Assembly (NCBI GenBank): GCA_964515375.1
Contig: CAZERF010000005.1
Span: 22,482-86,481, forward strand
Reading direction: 5' to 3'
Length of the DNA: 64,000 nucleotides
Source: an uncultured Candidatus Saccharibacteria bacterium
GTDB lineage: Bacteria > Patescibacteriota > Minisyncoccia > Phycocordibacterales > UBA6899
Below, piece after piece: positions 19,637-29,609 of the stretch (the first letter of the stretch is position 1; the number at the start of each line of letters is the position of its first letter). The notes under the pieces were generated by a model. The model had not been told where the DNA came from, did not search any database, and worked only from the letters and a program-made list of their open reading frames with translations. The position numbers and the translations under genes were made by a program.

Positions 19637-20029
19637 TCACTCCGAAACAACAGGCTTCCCGTCCTTAAAGGGAACCTTTCCGGTAACGACAACAGACTGA
19701 GACGAGGAGGAGAAATAGTCAAATCGTGAAAGATTTGAATCAAGCTCCAACATGCGTTGATCAAACACCTTTGCATTCTCTTCCGCTTGCTCAGGTGAAG
19801 GAGGAAGTGAACCAAAATCCTCTTCTGTTTCAGGTTGAGGCAAAAGGGGAAAAGGAAACTTTCTATTTCCCTGAAAATATACAAGCGTCATAACCGACAA
19901 AAGAACTAAAAAGGAGAACAGAAGGACATACTTGCAAACGCGACATTCCTTCATTTCGCCGATCTCGGAGTGCACATCCTGGGGTTCACTTACTCCCTCA
20001 CTAATGTTGTCTTTCATAGATTTTCTCAT
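19637..20029 (-). CDS. Hypothetical single-TM protein
   Basis: One hydrophobic helix after CRVC; abuts the Ig-repeat gene; start uncertain. Confidence 0.6.
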   Translation of the reverse strand: MRKSMKDNISEGVSEPQDVHSEIGEMKECRVCKYVLLFSFLVLLSVMTLVYFQGNRKFPFPLLPQPETEEDFGSLPPSPEQAEENAKVFDQRMLELDSNLSRFDYFSSSSQSVVVTGKVPFKDGKPVVSE

Positions 20030-20179
20030 TATATCTCTGGGACCACACTTGAAGCAATGTTGTCTATCCACAAAATGGCGAATGCGTCACGAATGAGCAG
20101 GTAGGGGGATCTTGTATCTCAGAATTATAAGCACAAAAAAGTAGTATCAGAAAGGCGGCAAACCCGAGGTTGGCCCGGT

Positions 20180-20304
20180 ATCCATTTGAGTGTGCTCGTT
20201 CTGTGGAGCCGGCAGTCAGGCTTGAACTGACGACCTACGGTTTACAAAACCGTTGCTCTACCAACTGAGCTATGCCGGCATTACGCGAGCACACTCAAAT
20301 GAAT
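20180..20304. repeat. 19-bp inverted repeat enclosing tRNA-Thr
   Basis: ATCCATTTGAGTGTGCTCG (20180-20198) / CGAGCACACTCAAATGAAT (20286-20304), one mismatch. Confidence 0.9.
20204..20279 (-). tRNA. tRNA-Thr(UGU)
   Basis: GCCGGCATAGCTCAGTTGGTAGAGCAACGGTTTTGTAAACCGT...GTTCAAG...GCCGGCTCCA; cloverleaf with encoded CCA. Confidence 0.97.
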
Positions 20305-20310
20305 CCAACC

Positions 20311-20350
20311 TTACAAAACCGTTGCTCTACCAACTGAGCCATGCCGGCAT
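20311..20350 (-). repeat. Duplicated 5' half of tRNA-Thr
   Basis: Copy of 20242-20281 with one mismatch; ends at the anticodon loop. Confidence 0.92.
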
Positions 20351-20506
20351 TTATGAACCCATGACAAAATATCCAATCTCTCAAAAAAAACAACTACTCT
20401 GCAAATGCCCCGACTAACTTACAAGAGCATACCAAATAGTTCAAACCTTGCAACAAGACCACTCCGTAATACCGGAAATAAGCACAGTTGCAAAATAACT
20501 TGTTGC

Positions 20507-20896
20507 TCAGACCCCTCCGTCAGTGCGTCCTCGCGAGCGCATGCGGCGACGCAACAATTCCTGATGTTCGGCGATATGCTTCAAAAAGAAAGAGGATGCG
20601 CTGCGGCGATCAATGGTGATCCTTCCGAACACATGAGCAGAGAGACGTTCGCGCATCACACGGAAGACATGAAGAACCCTCTGTACCGGGGGGCGCAGCG
20701 CGAGAAACATCCGCGCGACAATGTAAAGCAAGCGGTGGCCCAGATCATACATCTCTCCCGAAAAAAATTCGGTAAAACTTTGCGGGATCGCAGACGTATT
20801 TCCGCGCAACGTGCGACGACGCAAAAGGACTCCGAGCGCAAGCGAGAGCGCAAGAACACCAAATGATATGATCCAACTGAGCGAAAGTGCTGACAT
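20507..20896 (-). CDS. Hypothetical protein with an N-terminal TM
   Basis: ORF with TGCTATAAT upstream; basic C-terminus. Confidence 0.65.
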   Translation of the reverse strand: MSALSLSWIISFGVLALSLALGVLLRRRTLRGNTSAIPQSFTEFFSGEMYDLGHRLLYIVARMFLALRPPVQRVLHVFRVMRERLSAHVFGRITIDRRSASSFFLKHIAEHQELLRRRMRSRGRTDGGV

Positions 20897-20956
20897 GTCG
20901 TCGTTATCTATTATAGCAGCTCAGGCGTCGAAGTTCGAGCGCGTGAGAAGCTTGAA

Positions 20957-21556
20957 CTACTTACCCACCGCGAAGCGCGCAAAACGAATGATCTCGGTAT
21001 TCTCTCCAAACTTCTGCACCGCACGCTTCACTAGATCGCCCACGGTAATATCCGGATCCTTCACGAAAGGTTGTTCAAGCAACACCGATTCCGCAAAATA
21101 CGCGGCGATCTTTCCTTCAAGTGCCTTCTTCTTGATCTCCTCGGGCTTTCCCGCCATGGTCTTCTCTACTTCCTCTTCAAAGAAGGAAGCAGCCTTTGCG
21201 CGATCTTCTTCCGTGATGTCATTCTGCGTACGATACTTGGGATTAAGCGCAACAACATGCATCGCGATCTCATAGGCAAGATGCTTGAATTCCTCGTTCT
21301 TTGCCACAAAATCAGTCTCACACGCAAGCTCCACGATAGCACCGACGGAGTTGTTGCCGTGAATATAGGACGCGACGACTCCCGAGCCAAGAGCACGGTC
21401 ACCCTTCTTTGCGGCGATCTCTCCGCTCTTCTTGCGCAACATCATGCGAGCCTTCTCCATGTCGCCTCCCGCCTCTTCGAGAGCCTTCTTGCATTGCATG
21501 ACCGAAACACCGGTCTCGTCACGAAGCTCCTTGATCGCATCCATGCTGATTTCCAT
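20957..21556 (-). CDS. tsf: Elongation factor Ts (short form)
   Basis: IKELRDETGVSVMQCKKAL, ELACETDFVAKN. Confidence 0.97.
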   Translation of the reverse strand: MEISMDAIKELRDETGVSVMQCKKALEEAGGDMEKARMMLRKKSGEIAAKKGDRALGSGVVASYIHGNNSVGAIVELACETDFVAKNEEFKHLAYEIAMHVVALNPKYRTQNDITEEDRAKAASFFEEEVEKTMAGKPEEIKKKALEGKIAAYFAESVLLEQPFVKDPDITVGDLVKRAVQKFGENTEIIRFARFAVGK

Positions 21557-21631
21557 ATGATTGAGAAAAGATAAGAACGAGTAAGACAAACGAAAACACC
21601 CTGAGGAAGGTAGGCCTTCCGTAGACGAGCA

Positions 21632-22342
21632 CTACGCGCGCGCGCGAACGCCCTCCTGATAGCTCTCCTTGAGCTCTTCGAGGAAATAGGCCACACTCTT
21701 CAATGCCGAATCATTGGCAAGGATCGGATGAGTGATCTCGTCCTTGTTGCAGTCGGAGTTGAGGATCGCAAAGGTTTCAACACGCATCTTCTTTGCTTCA
21801 GTGACGGCAATGTGTTCCGCGCGAGGATCAACGATCACGATCGCCCCGGGAATCCCCTCGAGGCTCGAGACTCCACCGAACTCGGCATGGAGTTTCGCCA
21901 TCTCACGCTCAAAGAGCAAGCGCTCTTTCTTGGTGTACTTTCCGAGATCTCCCTTTGCGAATTTGTCCGAGAGGTCCTTGAGGCGCGCAATGCGCTTCTT
22001 GATCTCATTCCAATTGGTGAGCATTCCACCGACCCACCGTTCATTGACGTACGGTGCGTTCATTGAATGAGCGACCGACTCCACTGTGCCGCGCACTTCA
22101 TCCTTGGTTCCGACAAAGAGGACAACCTTCCCCAACTTACCAAGCTCGACCATGCGCGCCTTTGCGGCGACAAGCATGCGCTGTGTCTCCTCGAGATTGA
22201 TGATATCGGCGCCATTCTTTGCGCCATAGAGATACCCCTTGACCGACGAGTGTCGGCGGGCGCGCGAGTATCCAAAGTGGGCGCCCACTTTGAACATTTC
22301 CTCGATCTGTGCGGTGTCTACGTGATTTTTTTCTTCAGTCAT
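21632..22342 (-). CDS. rpsB: 30S ribosomal protein S2
   Basis: GAHFG, FVGTK, RWVGGMLTN. Confidence 0.97.
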   Translation of the reverse strand: MTEEKNHVDTAQIEEMFKVGAHFGYSRARRHSSVKGYLYGAKNGADIINLEETQRMLVAAKARMVELGKLGKVVLFVGTKDEVRGTVESVAHSMNAPYVNERWVGGMLTNWNEIKKRIARLKDLSDKFAKGDLGKYTKKERLLFEREMAKLHAEFGGVSSLEGIPGAIVIVDPRAEHIAVTEAKKMRVETFAILNSDCNKDEITHPILANDSALKSVAYFLEELKESYQEGVRARA

Positions 22343-22425
22343 ACTAATTTTTATGATTTCGAGAGTCTAACAAAAAGAGAGGAGATTGGCAAGGCAGACG
22401 CGATGTATGCTCGTAATTTGACACC

Positions 22426-23418
22426 TTATTCGTCCTCAGGATCACCCTCTGCGGAAAACTCCCCTTCGCGCGCGCGATCAGTCAACGTGTCGACGATTTC
22501 GTCAATTCCCCCTTGAAATATTCCTTCAATATTGTGCCATGACTCGCGAATACGGTGATCGGTCACACGATCTTGGAGGGTGTTGTAAGTACGGATCTTT
22601 GCGGAACGATCAGCATTTCCGACACTACTCCGCAGGCTTTCGTTCTTTTTTGCTTCATCTTCTTCTTTCATCTGCTCGAGCTTGGCAACAAGAATACTCA
22701 TCGCCTTCTCTCGATTCTTCAACTGCGAGCGCTCAACAGAGCAATGCACATGAATCCCCGTCGGCTTGTGAACCAAGTGCACCGCGGTCTCCACTTTGTT
22801 CACATTCTGTCCACCCGCACCACCGGAGCGTGTAAAGGTCATTTCAAGATCCGCGGGATTGATGACGACCGAAGCTCGGGTGCGGATCGGCAAAACAAGG
22901 ACTGCGGCGGTTGAGGTATGAATACGCCCGGACTTTTCTGTCGCGGGAATGCGTTGAATACGATGCACTCCCGTTTCGTAACGCAACGCATCGTACACAC
23001 CCTGCCCTTCGATCTCAAATGTCGCTTCCTTGTATCCACCCAACTCACTCTCCGAGTCGTCGACAGAACGAAAACGCCAACCTTTTTTTGTGGCATACCG
23101 CTCGTACATGAGCGCAAGATCCTGCGCAAAGATCGCCGCCTCTTCGCCACCCACGCCGGCACGAACCTCAAGCACGACCTCCTTTGGTTTCTCCTCTTCA
23201 ACCTTCGCTTCCTCCGCGACCTGCTCCATCTTTAACAAAAGATCACTCATGGTCGTTACGAGTGACGCACGCTCCCCTTCGGCGAGTGCGTCAATTTCCG
23301 GATCGACCCCCATCATCGCCTCAAGCTCCGCAAGTTGCACGGAAAGACGCTCGTATTCTTCAGCGAGATACTTGGTACGATAATTCTCTTTGTATGGAAT
23401 AAGATCGACGCTTGTCAT
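22426..23418 (-). CDS. prfA: Peptide chain release factor 1
   Basis: [10 protein letters not shown] (PxT), GAGGQNVNK. Confidence 0.95.
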   Translation of the reverse strand: MTSVDLIPYKENYRTKYLAEEYERLSVQLAELEAMMGVDPEIDALAEGERASLVTTMSDLLLKMEQVAEEAKVEEEKPKEVVLEVRAGVGGEEAAIFAQDLALMYERYATKKGWRFRSVDDSESELGGYKEATFEIEGQGVYDALRYETGVHRIQRIPATEKSGRIHTSTAAVLVLPIRTRASVVINPADLEMTFTRSGGAGGQNVNKVETAVHLVHKPTGIHVHCSVERSQLKNREKAMSILVAKLEQMKEEDEAKKNESLRSSVGNADRSAKIRTYNTLQDRVTDHRIRESWHNIEGIFQGGIDEIVDTLTDRAREGEFSAEGDPEDE

Positions 23419-23475
23419 GGTGTCCTGCAAACAAAAACCCGCCAAACAAGAAGCGGGTCGTTGTATCCTAAAGGG

Positions 23476-23688
23476 TTACTTCTTCTTCGCAGCCGCCGTG
23501 CGTGCCTTGAATTTCTCAATGCGTCCCGCCGTGTCGGCGATCTTCTCCGTTCCGGTGAAGAGCGGGTGACACTGCGAACAGATCTCAACCTCGATCTTCT
23601 CCATGGTCGATCCGACCGTAAACTCGGCGCCGCACGCGCAGGTGACCGCCGCGGACGTGAAATAGGTAGGGTGTGTTTCAGTCTTCAT
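23476..23688 (-). CDS. rpmE: 50S ribosomal protein L31
   Basis: HPTY...CACG...CSQCHPLFTG. Confidence 0.96.
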   Translation of the reverse strand: MKTETHPTYFTSAAVTCACGAEFTVGSTMEKIEVEICSQCHPLFTGTEKIADTAGRIEKFKARTAAAKKK

Positions 23689-23739
23689 AGGCACACACTC
23701 TAGCAGAAAGAGCTTAAATTGACAAGAAGCGCGAGGTAC

Positions 23740-24918
23740 TCATGCCGCCTCGCGCCATCCGTCTCCGAGAAGATTCTCTTCAATATCATGTCGAATACAA
23801 GCGAGCGCGTGACGAACAAAACGAAGATCGTCCCGATCGGAAGAAGTGAACTCCTCTCGATCAAGAACAGAATGAAGCTCATCATCCACCCAAAGATACG
23901 CCGCTTCAGGGTCAATGCGCCCCATTTGTGCCTCCTCCATAATGATCCGCAAGACTCGCGGCATGGAAAATCCCTTTTTGTACGAACGACAAGCGGAGAG
24001 CGCTTGCTCAATATCCGCAATATGGAGCAGCTCCGCAACATCAACGCTCGAATGAAGTGCGCCAAGTGCGATCGGGTAGTGTGTTCCTTCTTTGTGGTAA
24101 TTGTGGTGTGCTCCGGCAAGCTCGCTCTCCACGCGCAGTCCTTCTGACTCGAGGATCTGACGAGAATGGAGTTCGTGCTCCTTGATGATATCCATCAGGG
24201 ATAAGTCTCCGCTGAATCCGCGCGTCTCAAGCTCTATTAGCTCTTCGGAAGAAAGAACGAGTCGCGACGGGACAAAGTGAACCGCCCGCAAATGATGCTC
24301 GCGAAGATACTCACTGATGGCACTAGATTCCTCGGGAAGAGGAGCACCCCCCGCTCGTTCAACTCGCGTGACGACATGAGAGTCCTGTTCTTCGAAAAGA
24401 AGATCACGCAGATAGAGATCCATGGCGGAATCGTTCATTGGGTGATCGATAACAAAGCGAGGGATCTCAACCTTGCCAATATCATGAAGCAAGCACGCGC
24501 GAAAGAACTCCTCAGGAGAGACAAGCTCACGGGCAAAAAGTTCCTCAAGGATGATCCCGGAAGAAAGGCGCTTCGTCACCTTCTCCCGTGCAATACGAAA
24601 TGTTTCGACACAATGTGAAGCGGTCCCGGGATCGTAGAGATCGAGGATCGTAAGCATCTCCATATCGCGCTCGGTCAACTCTCCCATTTCGGAAAGTTCA
24701 TCGTGATACCGCTTCATCACCCGCGCGACCTCATCAGAAAGAAGCCCTTCCATTTGAAGTTCATGATGAATAGATCGGAAATTACCCTTCCTTGCGATAG
24801 CACGAGCGCGCTCATCACCCTCCATTTCAATATGCGAGTATGCACCGTTATGTTCAAGACTTTGCGCTTCGTGCGGGGATATCATGATAGGTTCGACGAG
24901 TGAGGAATTGGCTTGCAA
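23740..24918 (-). CDS. HD-GYP-like phosphohydrolase
   Basis: TASHC, LLHDIGK, AHHNYH, IAD, RSYK motifs. Confidence 0.75.
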   Translation of the reverse strand: MQANSSLVEPIMISPHEAQSLEHNGAYSHIEMEGDERARAIARKGNFRSIHHELQMEGLLSDEVARVMKRYHDELSEMGELTERDMEMLTILDLYDPGTASHCVETFRIAREKVTKRLSSGIILEELFARELVSPEEFFRACLLHDIGKVEIPRFVIDHPMNDSAMDLYLRDLLFEEQDSHVVTRVERAGGAPLPEESSAISEYLREHHLRAVHFVPSRLVLSSEELIELETRGFSGDLSLMDIIKEHELHSRQILESEGLRVESELAGAHHNYHKEGTHYPIALGALHSSVDVAELLHIADIEQALSACRSYKKGFSMPRVLRIIMEEAQMGRIDPEAAYLWVDDELHSVLDREEFTSSDRDDLRFVRHALACIRHDIEENLLGDGWREAA

Positions 24919-25019
24919 AAATAAAGAAAAGGGCCAAGGCCCTCCTCACCTATACCCTCATTATACCACAAAATGAGTCACTTTGTCTTGAGTTATACAC
25001 AACCAAAAAAAGCATGCTC

Positions 25020-26405
25020 TTAGGTGTTTTGAAGAGGATCGATCATTGTCGTCTGAATAACCTCCGCCTTTTGCATGACCTGTGTACCATACGTTGCGGC
25101 CCAACTCGACTGACTACAACGACTTCCGGAGAAATAACGACACGCCGCGTCGCGTTCGGCGCTATAGGAGTTTGGCTTCGCACCAAGATCGGTCAAATAG
25201 AACGCTGCAGCCATAAAGGCGTCACGAGGATTCCACGGATCGGCATATGAAGTACCAAGCGCTGAAGTGATACGCTTCGTGAAGAGTACCCACGTTGAGG
25301 GAATGAACTGGGCGGGTCCCATCGCCCCTCCCCAACCAATCTCCTGAGGACATGACACGCGCGTCTTGAAGGGGTCGCGCCCGAGTGCTTCCGTGATCTG
25401 GAGGAAAGGCTCCACATCGCGACCCGGTTTCATGACCCGATCAAAAGCACGACCGGTATTCATACCTACTCCGGCACCGGTCTTTGTATTACGCAAATAA
25501 CACGAACCGACATTCTTTCCAAAACTCGACTCCTGCTGGAACACCGCGAGAAGGAAGGCGGGGCGAATTCCGGTACGTGCAGAAACCACATTCGCGTAAT
25601 CAAGCGCTTGTCCGAACGGAATACCGCCCGAGTCGGAGTCACGGAGTGCAAAGAGCGCGGCACGGATCTCGGCGGCACGCTTTTGCCGATCGGCAAGAAC
25701 ACTCTGATATTCCTTGGTCTTGTTGTTGGTGATCGCGAGTAACTTCTTTTTCTCCGCCTGATTAGACTGAACGAGTTGCTTGTTGCGCTCGAGTTCTGCC
25801 TTGGCGTCGATCTGGGCACGCTGACGTTCTTCCAATTCTTCCTGTGCCGCTTCCGTTTCAGCGCGCGCATTCCTCAAGGCATCCGAGGAATCCTTGAGCG
25901 CGAGACGGAGCGCTTCGTAGGAATCAAGATCGGTAAAGAATTCCGAGATGGAAGAACCGGAAAGAATGCTTTCCGTTAAGGATGCTTGAGAAAGTTCGTT
26001 GGTCTTGCGGATCAGCTGCGCAAGAGAACGTCGCTCGTTCTCAAGACGCGTAGAGAGATCCTTTACTGTTTGAGACTTCTCGGAGATCGACGAAGAAAGG
26101 CGTGCGATCTCGAGATTCCTCGCTTTGATATTGAGATTTGCCTTGTCGATGTTGGCGTTGAGGAGCTTGATGTCCCGGTCAAGAGTGTTCTTTTGCCCTT
26201 TGAGACCCGTGATCGTGTTGTTGAGTCCGCTGATCTCAAGATTGATGGCATTAAGCTCTTGCTCAAGTGCGGCCTGACGATCCACCGTGCTTGCCGCAGT
26301 CTGCGCATACGCGTACTCAGGTAGAGAAAAGCATACCCCAAGCAGGAAGAGCGTCGTCATAAAGAAAAGGGCGGCGTTTTGCTGCACACGTTGCATACAC
26401 TTCAT
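25020..26405 (-). CDS. Coiled-coil lytic murein transglycosylase
   Basis: Signal peptide, long coiled coil, QESSFG, GAMGPAQFIPSTW. Confidence 0.88.
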   Translation of the reverse strand: MKCMQRVQQNAALFFMTTLFLLGVCFSLPEYAYAQTAASTVDRQAALEQELNAINLEISGLNNTITGLKGQKNTLDRDIKLLNANIDKANLNIKARNLEIARLSSSISEKSQTVKDLSTRLENERRSLAQLIRKTNELSQASLTESILSGSSISEFFTDLDSYEALRLALKDSSDALRNARAETEAAQEELEERQRAQIDAKAELERNKQLVQSNQAEKKKLLAITNNKTKEYQSVLADRQKRAAEIRAALFALRDSDSGGIPFGQALDYANVVSARTGIRPAFLLAVFQQESSFGKNVGSCYLRNTKTGAGVGMNTGRAFDRVMKPGRDVEPFLQITEALGRDPFKTRVSCPQEIGWGGAMGPAQFIPSTWVLFTKRITSALGTSYADPWNPRDAFMAAAFYLTDLGAKPNSYSAERDAACRYFSGSRCSQSSWAATYGTQVMQKAEVIQTTMIDPLQNT

Positions 26406-26458
26406 ATAACGATTATACCCCGATTGCATGACACAATTCAACACGTTTTTCCCATTCT

Positions 26459-26493
26459 GCCAAAAAAACCGCGTAAAACGCGGTGTTTTTGGC
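26459..26493 (-). terminator. Terminator after rplY
   Basis: GCCAAAAAAACCGCG-TAAAA-CGCGGTGTTTTTGGC. Confidence 0.7.
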
Positions 26494-26515
26494 AGAACTG
26501 ATCGAGAGCGAGATG

Positions 26516-27145
26516 CTATGCCGTCTCTTCGTCCTCCTTCTTTCCCTTCTTTTCTACCTCAATAGAGGCAAGATCGGGTTCAGTCGTGACTGCTTCGGAC
26601 TCCTCGGACGGGCGAGAAACCACCGCCACCAACTCCGTCAAGGCAACATGAGTACTCACACCTTCACCGAGATCGAGGTCGGCAAGCGTGATCTGCGCAT
26701 CAAGCGTTGAGAGAGTTTCAAGATCAACGGTGATCTGAGCCGGGAGCTTCTCCGGGAGCGCGCTGATGCGCACTTCGTGAAGCACACGGACAACAATGCC
26801 GCCTTCCTTCTCGACCGGTGCGGTACCAACGAAGTGAAGCGGGACATCAACCTCAATTTTGTGGTCTTTCGCGGTGATGTAGAAGTCCACGTGGACCGGA
26901 TCACCGAGTACCGGGTCGAGCGCGACATCATGAATGAGCGCGTTGAAGGTCCCCTTCGGAGTCACTAATGAAAAGATCGTAGACTCCCCCGCTTGCTCCA
27001 AGAGCTTGATAAAAGGAAGCCGTTCGACGCTCACTGAGGTCGATTCCTGGCCCTGTCCATAGAACACCGCGGGAATCTTCCCCTGCTTGCGGATGATCTT
27101 TGGATTTACTTTCACGTCTCGCGTTTCCGCGTGTAGCGTTATCAT
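26516..27145 (-). CDS. rplY: 50S ribosomal protein L25/Ctc
   Basis: GKIPAVFYG, HVDFY, VPLHFVG. Confidence 0.95.
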   Translation of the reverse strand: MITLHAETRDVKVNPKIIRKQGKIPAVFYGQGQESTSVSVERLPFIKLLEQAGESTIFSLVTPKGTFNALIHDVALDPVLGDPVHVDFYITAKDHKIEVDVPLHFVGTAPVEKEGGIVVRVLHEVRISALPEKLPAQITVDLETLSTLDAQITLADLDLGEGVSTHVALTELVAVVSRPSEESEAVTTEPDLASIEVEKKGKKEDEETA

Positions 27146-27209
27146 AATCGCAAAAATTATCGTGTAATCCGTACACCCTACCACGCCCCGGCGAATATGC
27201 GCAAGTATA

Positions 27210-28385
27210 TTAGCGCGCGGCGGACTGCAACCGGGCGATCTCCCGCTCAAGTTCTGCGATGAGCGCGACGATCTGTTCCATGATCTTTGCAATAAGTGCG
27301 CGACGTTCGGTCTCATTCAAGGAAGAAGAGGTCGAGGGTGTCGGTGTCGCCGGGACGGAGGGCGCGACCACCTCTCCGGAGAAACGTATCTCTGCGGAAG
27401 ATGACACCGAACCCCGAGCGCCTGTGCAAGAAATACCGAACGTCATGTCTTTGGTGATCTGAGGGAAAAAGTGCGTTCCGGAAAGCGCGAGTGTTCCTTC
27501 CCAATCTCCGGTCGCACTGCACTGATCGACATTCGCGCTTGTCCATTCGATCGTAACTCCTTCACCTGTTCCAAGTACATCCTTCGGTGAAGTTATGCTC
27601 ACACGCGGACGCGCCGCGACCGGAATAGTCGGCTCACCAACATTCCCCGCCGCGTAGAGCGCAACGATCTCGTCACCGGAAAGTGTGCGGCCATAGATAC
27701 GGAGGTCGTCGATATATCCGTTCCAAGAACCTGACCGAGGAGAGGCATCGGAGAAGCCAATGCGGTACATCAACTCATGGTTTGTGAGATTCGGAAACCA
27801 TCGTCCGATATTGTCTCCGGCAATATCAAGCGCGATCCCATTCACGTACATACGATAACCGACGCCGTTTGCCGTAAAGACGAGGTGCACCCACTCATTG
27901 CGCGGGATGAGATACACTCCTTGCGCCTTGCGATCGTTCCCGTCCGTGCGGTCGCGAAACTGGAGATACGGACGTCCGTCGTTGTCGACCGCCAAAAGCA
28001 TATACACACTGCGATCTGACGTTGACCGGGCGGAGAACAAGATATTTCGCTCTGAGAGTTCGTTCATCTTGAGCCAGACCGCAAGCGTCCCTTCTCCACC
28101 AAGGAGAAATTCATTAGGAAGCGCGACCCCCTGCTCACCGACTCCGTCCATTGCAAGCGCTGTTCCGATCTTGCCGGACGCCCAGCCAAAATCGGTCGAA
28201 GATCCCATGAACGCTCCGTTCGCACCGCCCATATCTCCGGCCGAACGTCCTCCTCCTTCGTCGAACTTAAAGTGATGGGTCGGACCCTCTGTTTCCGCAA
28301 ATGCGATCGCTCCGAAGGAGAGCATGACCACACTCAAGACGGCAACACCGACCGCTGAAATACGTTTGTTTTGCATGATGTTCAT
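27210..28385 (-). CDS. Secreted LamG/concanavalin-like domain protein
   Basis: Signal peptide, FDEG, WVHLVFT, YVNG, GYIDDLRIYGRTLS. Confidence 0.85.
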   Translation of the reverse strand: MNIMQNKRISAVGVAVLSVVMLSFGAIAFAETEGPTHHFKFDEGGGRSAGDMGGANGAFMGSSTDFGWASGKIGTALAMDGVGEQGVALPNEFLLGGEGTLAVWLKMNELSERNILFSARSTSDRSVYMLLAVDNDGRPYLQFRDRTDGNDRKAQGVYLIPRNEWVHLVFTANGVGYRMYVNGIALDIAGDNIGRWFPNLTNHELMYRIGFSDASPRSGSWNGYIDDLRIYGRTLSGDEIVALYAAGNVGEPTIPVAARPRVSITSPKDVLGTGEGVTIEWTSANVDQCSATGDWEGTLALSGTHFFPQITKDMTFGISCTGARGSVSSSAEIRFSGEVVAPSVPATPTPSTSSSLNETERRALIAKIMEQIVALIAELEREIARLQSAAR

Positions 28386-28411
28386 AGTGAACGAATAATG
28401 ATTCATAAATT

Positions 28412-29455
28412 TCACAGGTCCTGACTTTGTGAGACAAACTCATCCCCTAACGCATCTTCCGCAAGCATTCCTCCGCGCGCCGCGACCGCAACGGCGAGTT
28501 GTCGCGCAAAAAGTCGTTCGGCACCGGAACGATCGTCGGGATGAGCGGCAAAATAGCGGAGCACCGGATCTTGAAGCGCGCGAGAGAATGAGAACGTTAC
28601 ACCCCAAGGGAACGATCCCTGAAGCGCGATGGCATTCAGGTTGCGAAATGCCTGTACCGGTGTTTGTCCTCCGGAGAGGAAGACCACACCGCCCAACTCC
28701 GAAGGAACATGCGCGCGAAAGACACGTGCCGTCCGCGTTGCCACATCGGCGGGGTCGATCTCGTATCCGCTTTCCTTTCCCGGAAGGATCATGCCAGTCT
28801 TGAGGACGACGCCGGGCAAGTGAGCACGTGCGTCGCGCAACGCAGTAAAGAGTGCATCGTAAACCCGCGCCGTTACTTCCTCGCAACGCTCCGATGTGTG
28901 CGTGCCGTCAAAGAGGACCTCGGGTTCGACAATGGGGACAATGTCGGTATCCTGGGAGATGCGCGCGTAGCGAGCGAGCACAAATGCGTTCGCGTGAATA
29001 GCGTAATCAGTCGGAGTATGCTCACCGATCACAATGACCGCACGCCACTTTGCGAAACGAGCTCCCGCATCGCGGTATGCTGCCATGCGCTCGGGAAGTG
29101 TATCAAGTCCTTTTGAGATCTTCTCGTCGGGAAATCCGGGAAGATCAACAAGTCCTTCGTCGACCTTGATACCGGGAAGGATGCCTCGTTCAAGAACCGA
29201 CTGCACAAGAGACTTCCCTTCATCATTCGCTTGTTGGAATGTTTCGTCAAAAAAGATGACACCGGAGAGTGCCGACTCGGTTCCCGGGGTCTCGACAAGG
29301 ATGGTGCGATATTTGCGGCGGTTCTCTTCGGTCTCCGCAAGTCCGACCGCCTGAAAGCGCTTGTTCGCACTTGCGGTCGATTCGTCCGCGGCAAGAATAC
29401 CTCGGGATGGAGCGACGAGCTGTCGTGCTGTTGTTTCAAGTAATGTAGTGTTCAT
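28412..29455 (-). CDS. Class I fructose-bisphosphate aldolase
   Basis: GILAADES, GIKVD, AKWR, VPIVEPEV, FLSGGQ. Confidence 0.95.
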   Translation of the reverse strand: MNTTLLETTARQLVAPSRGILAADESTASANKRFQAVGLAETEENRRKYRTILVETPGTESALSGVIFFDETFQQANDEGKSLVQSVLERGILPGIKVDEGLVDLPGFPDEKISKGLDTLPERMAAYRDAGARFAKWRAVIVIGEHTPTDYAIHANAFVLARYARISQDTDIVPIVEPEVLFDGTHTSERCEEVTARVYDALFTALRDARAHLPGVVLKTGMILPGKESGYEIDPADVATRTARVFRAHVPSELGGVVFLSGGQTPVQAFRNLNAIALQGSFPWGVTFSFSRALQDPVLRYFAAHPDDRSGAERLFARQLAVAVAARGGMLAEDALGDEFVSQSQDL

Positions 29456-29609
29456 GCGTCATCGGTTACGTCCGGCTAATATGTCCGTCCATTATAACAC
29501 AGAAGCAACGGTGTCGAAGGGACGGGAAAAAGAGACATTATCAACACAAAAAACGAGCGACACTTCACCTCCATGGTATACTGGACGGAAATTAGATAAT
29601 ACCAGCACC

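Noticed and set aside
20100-20350. Intron-split tRNA with a nested tRNA
   Set aside because: No second 3' half or T-arm downstream and no group I intron core.
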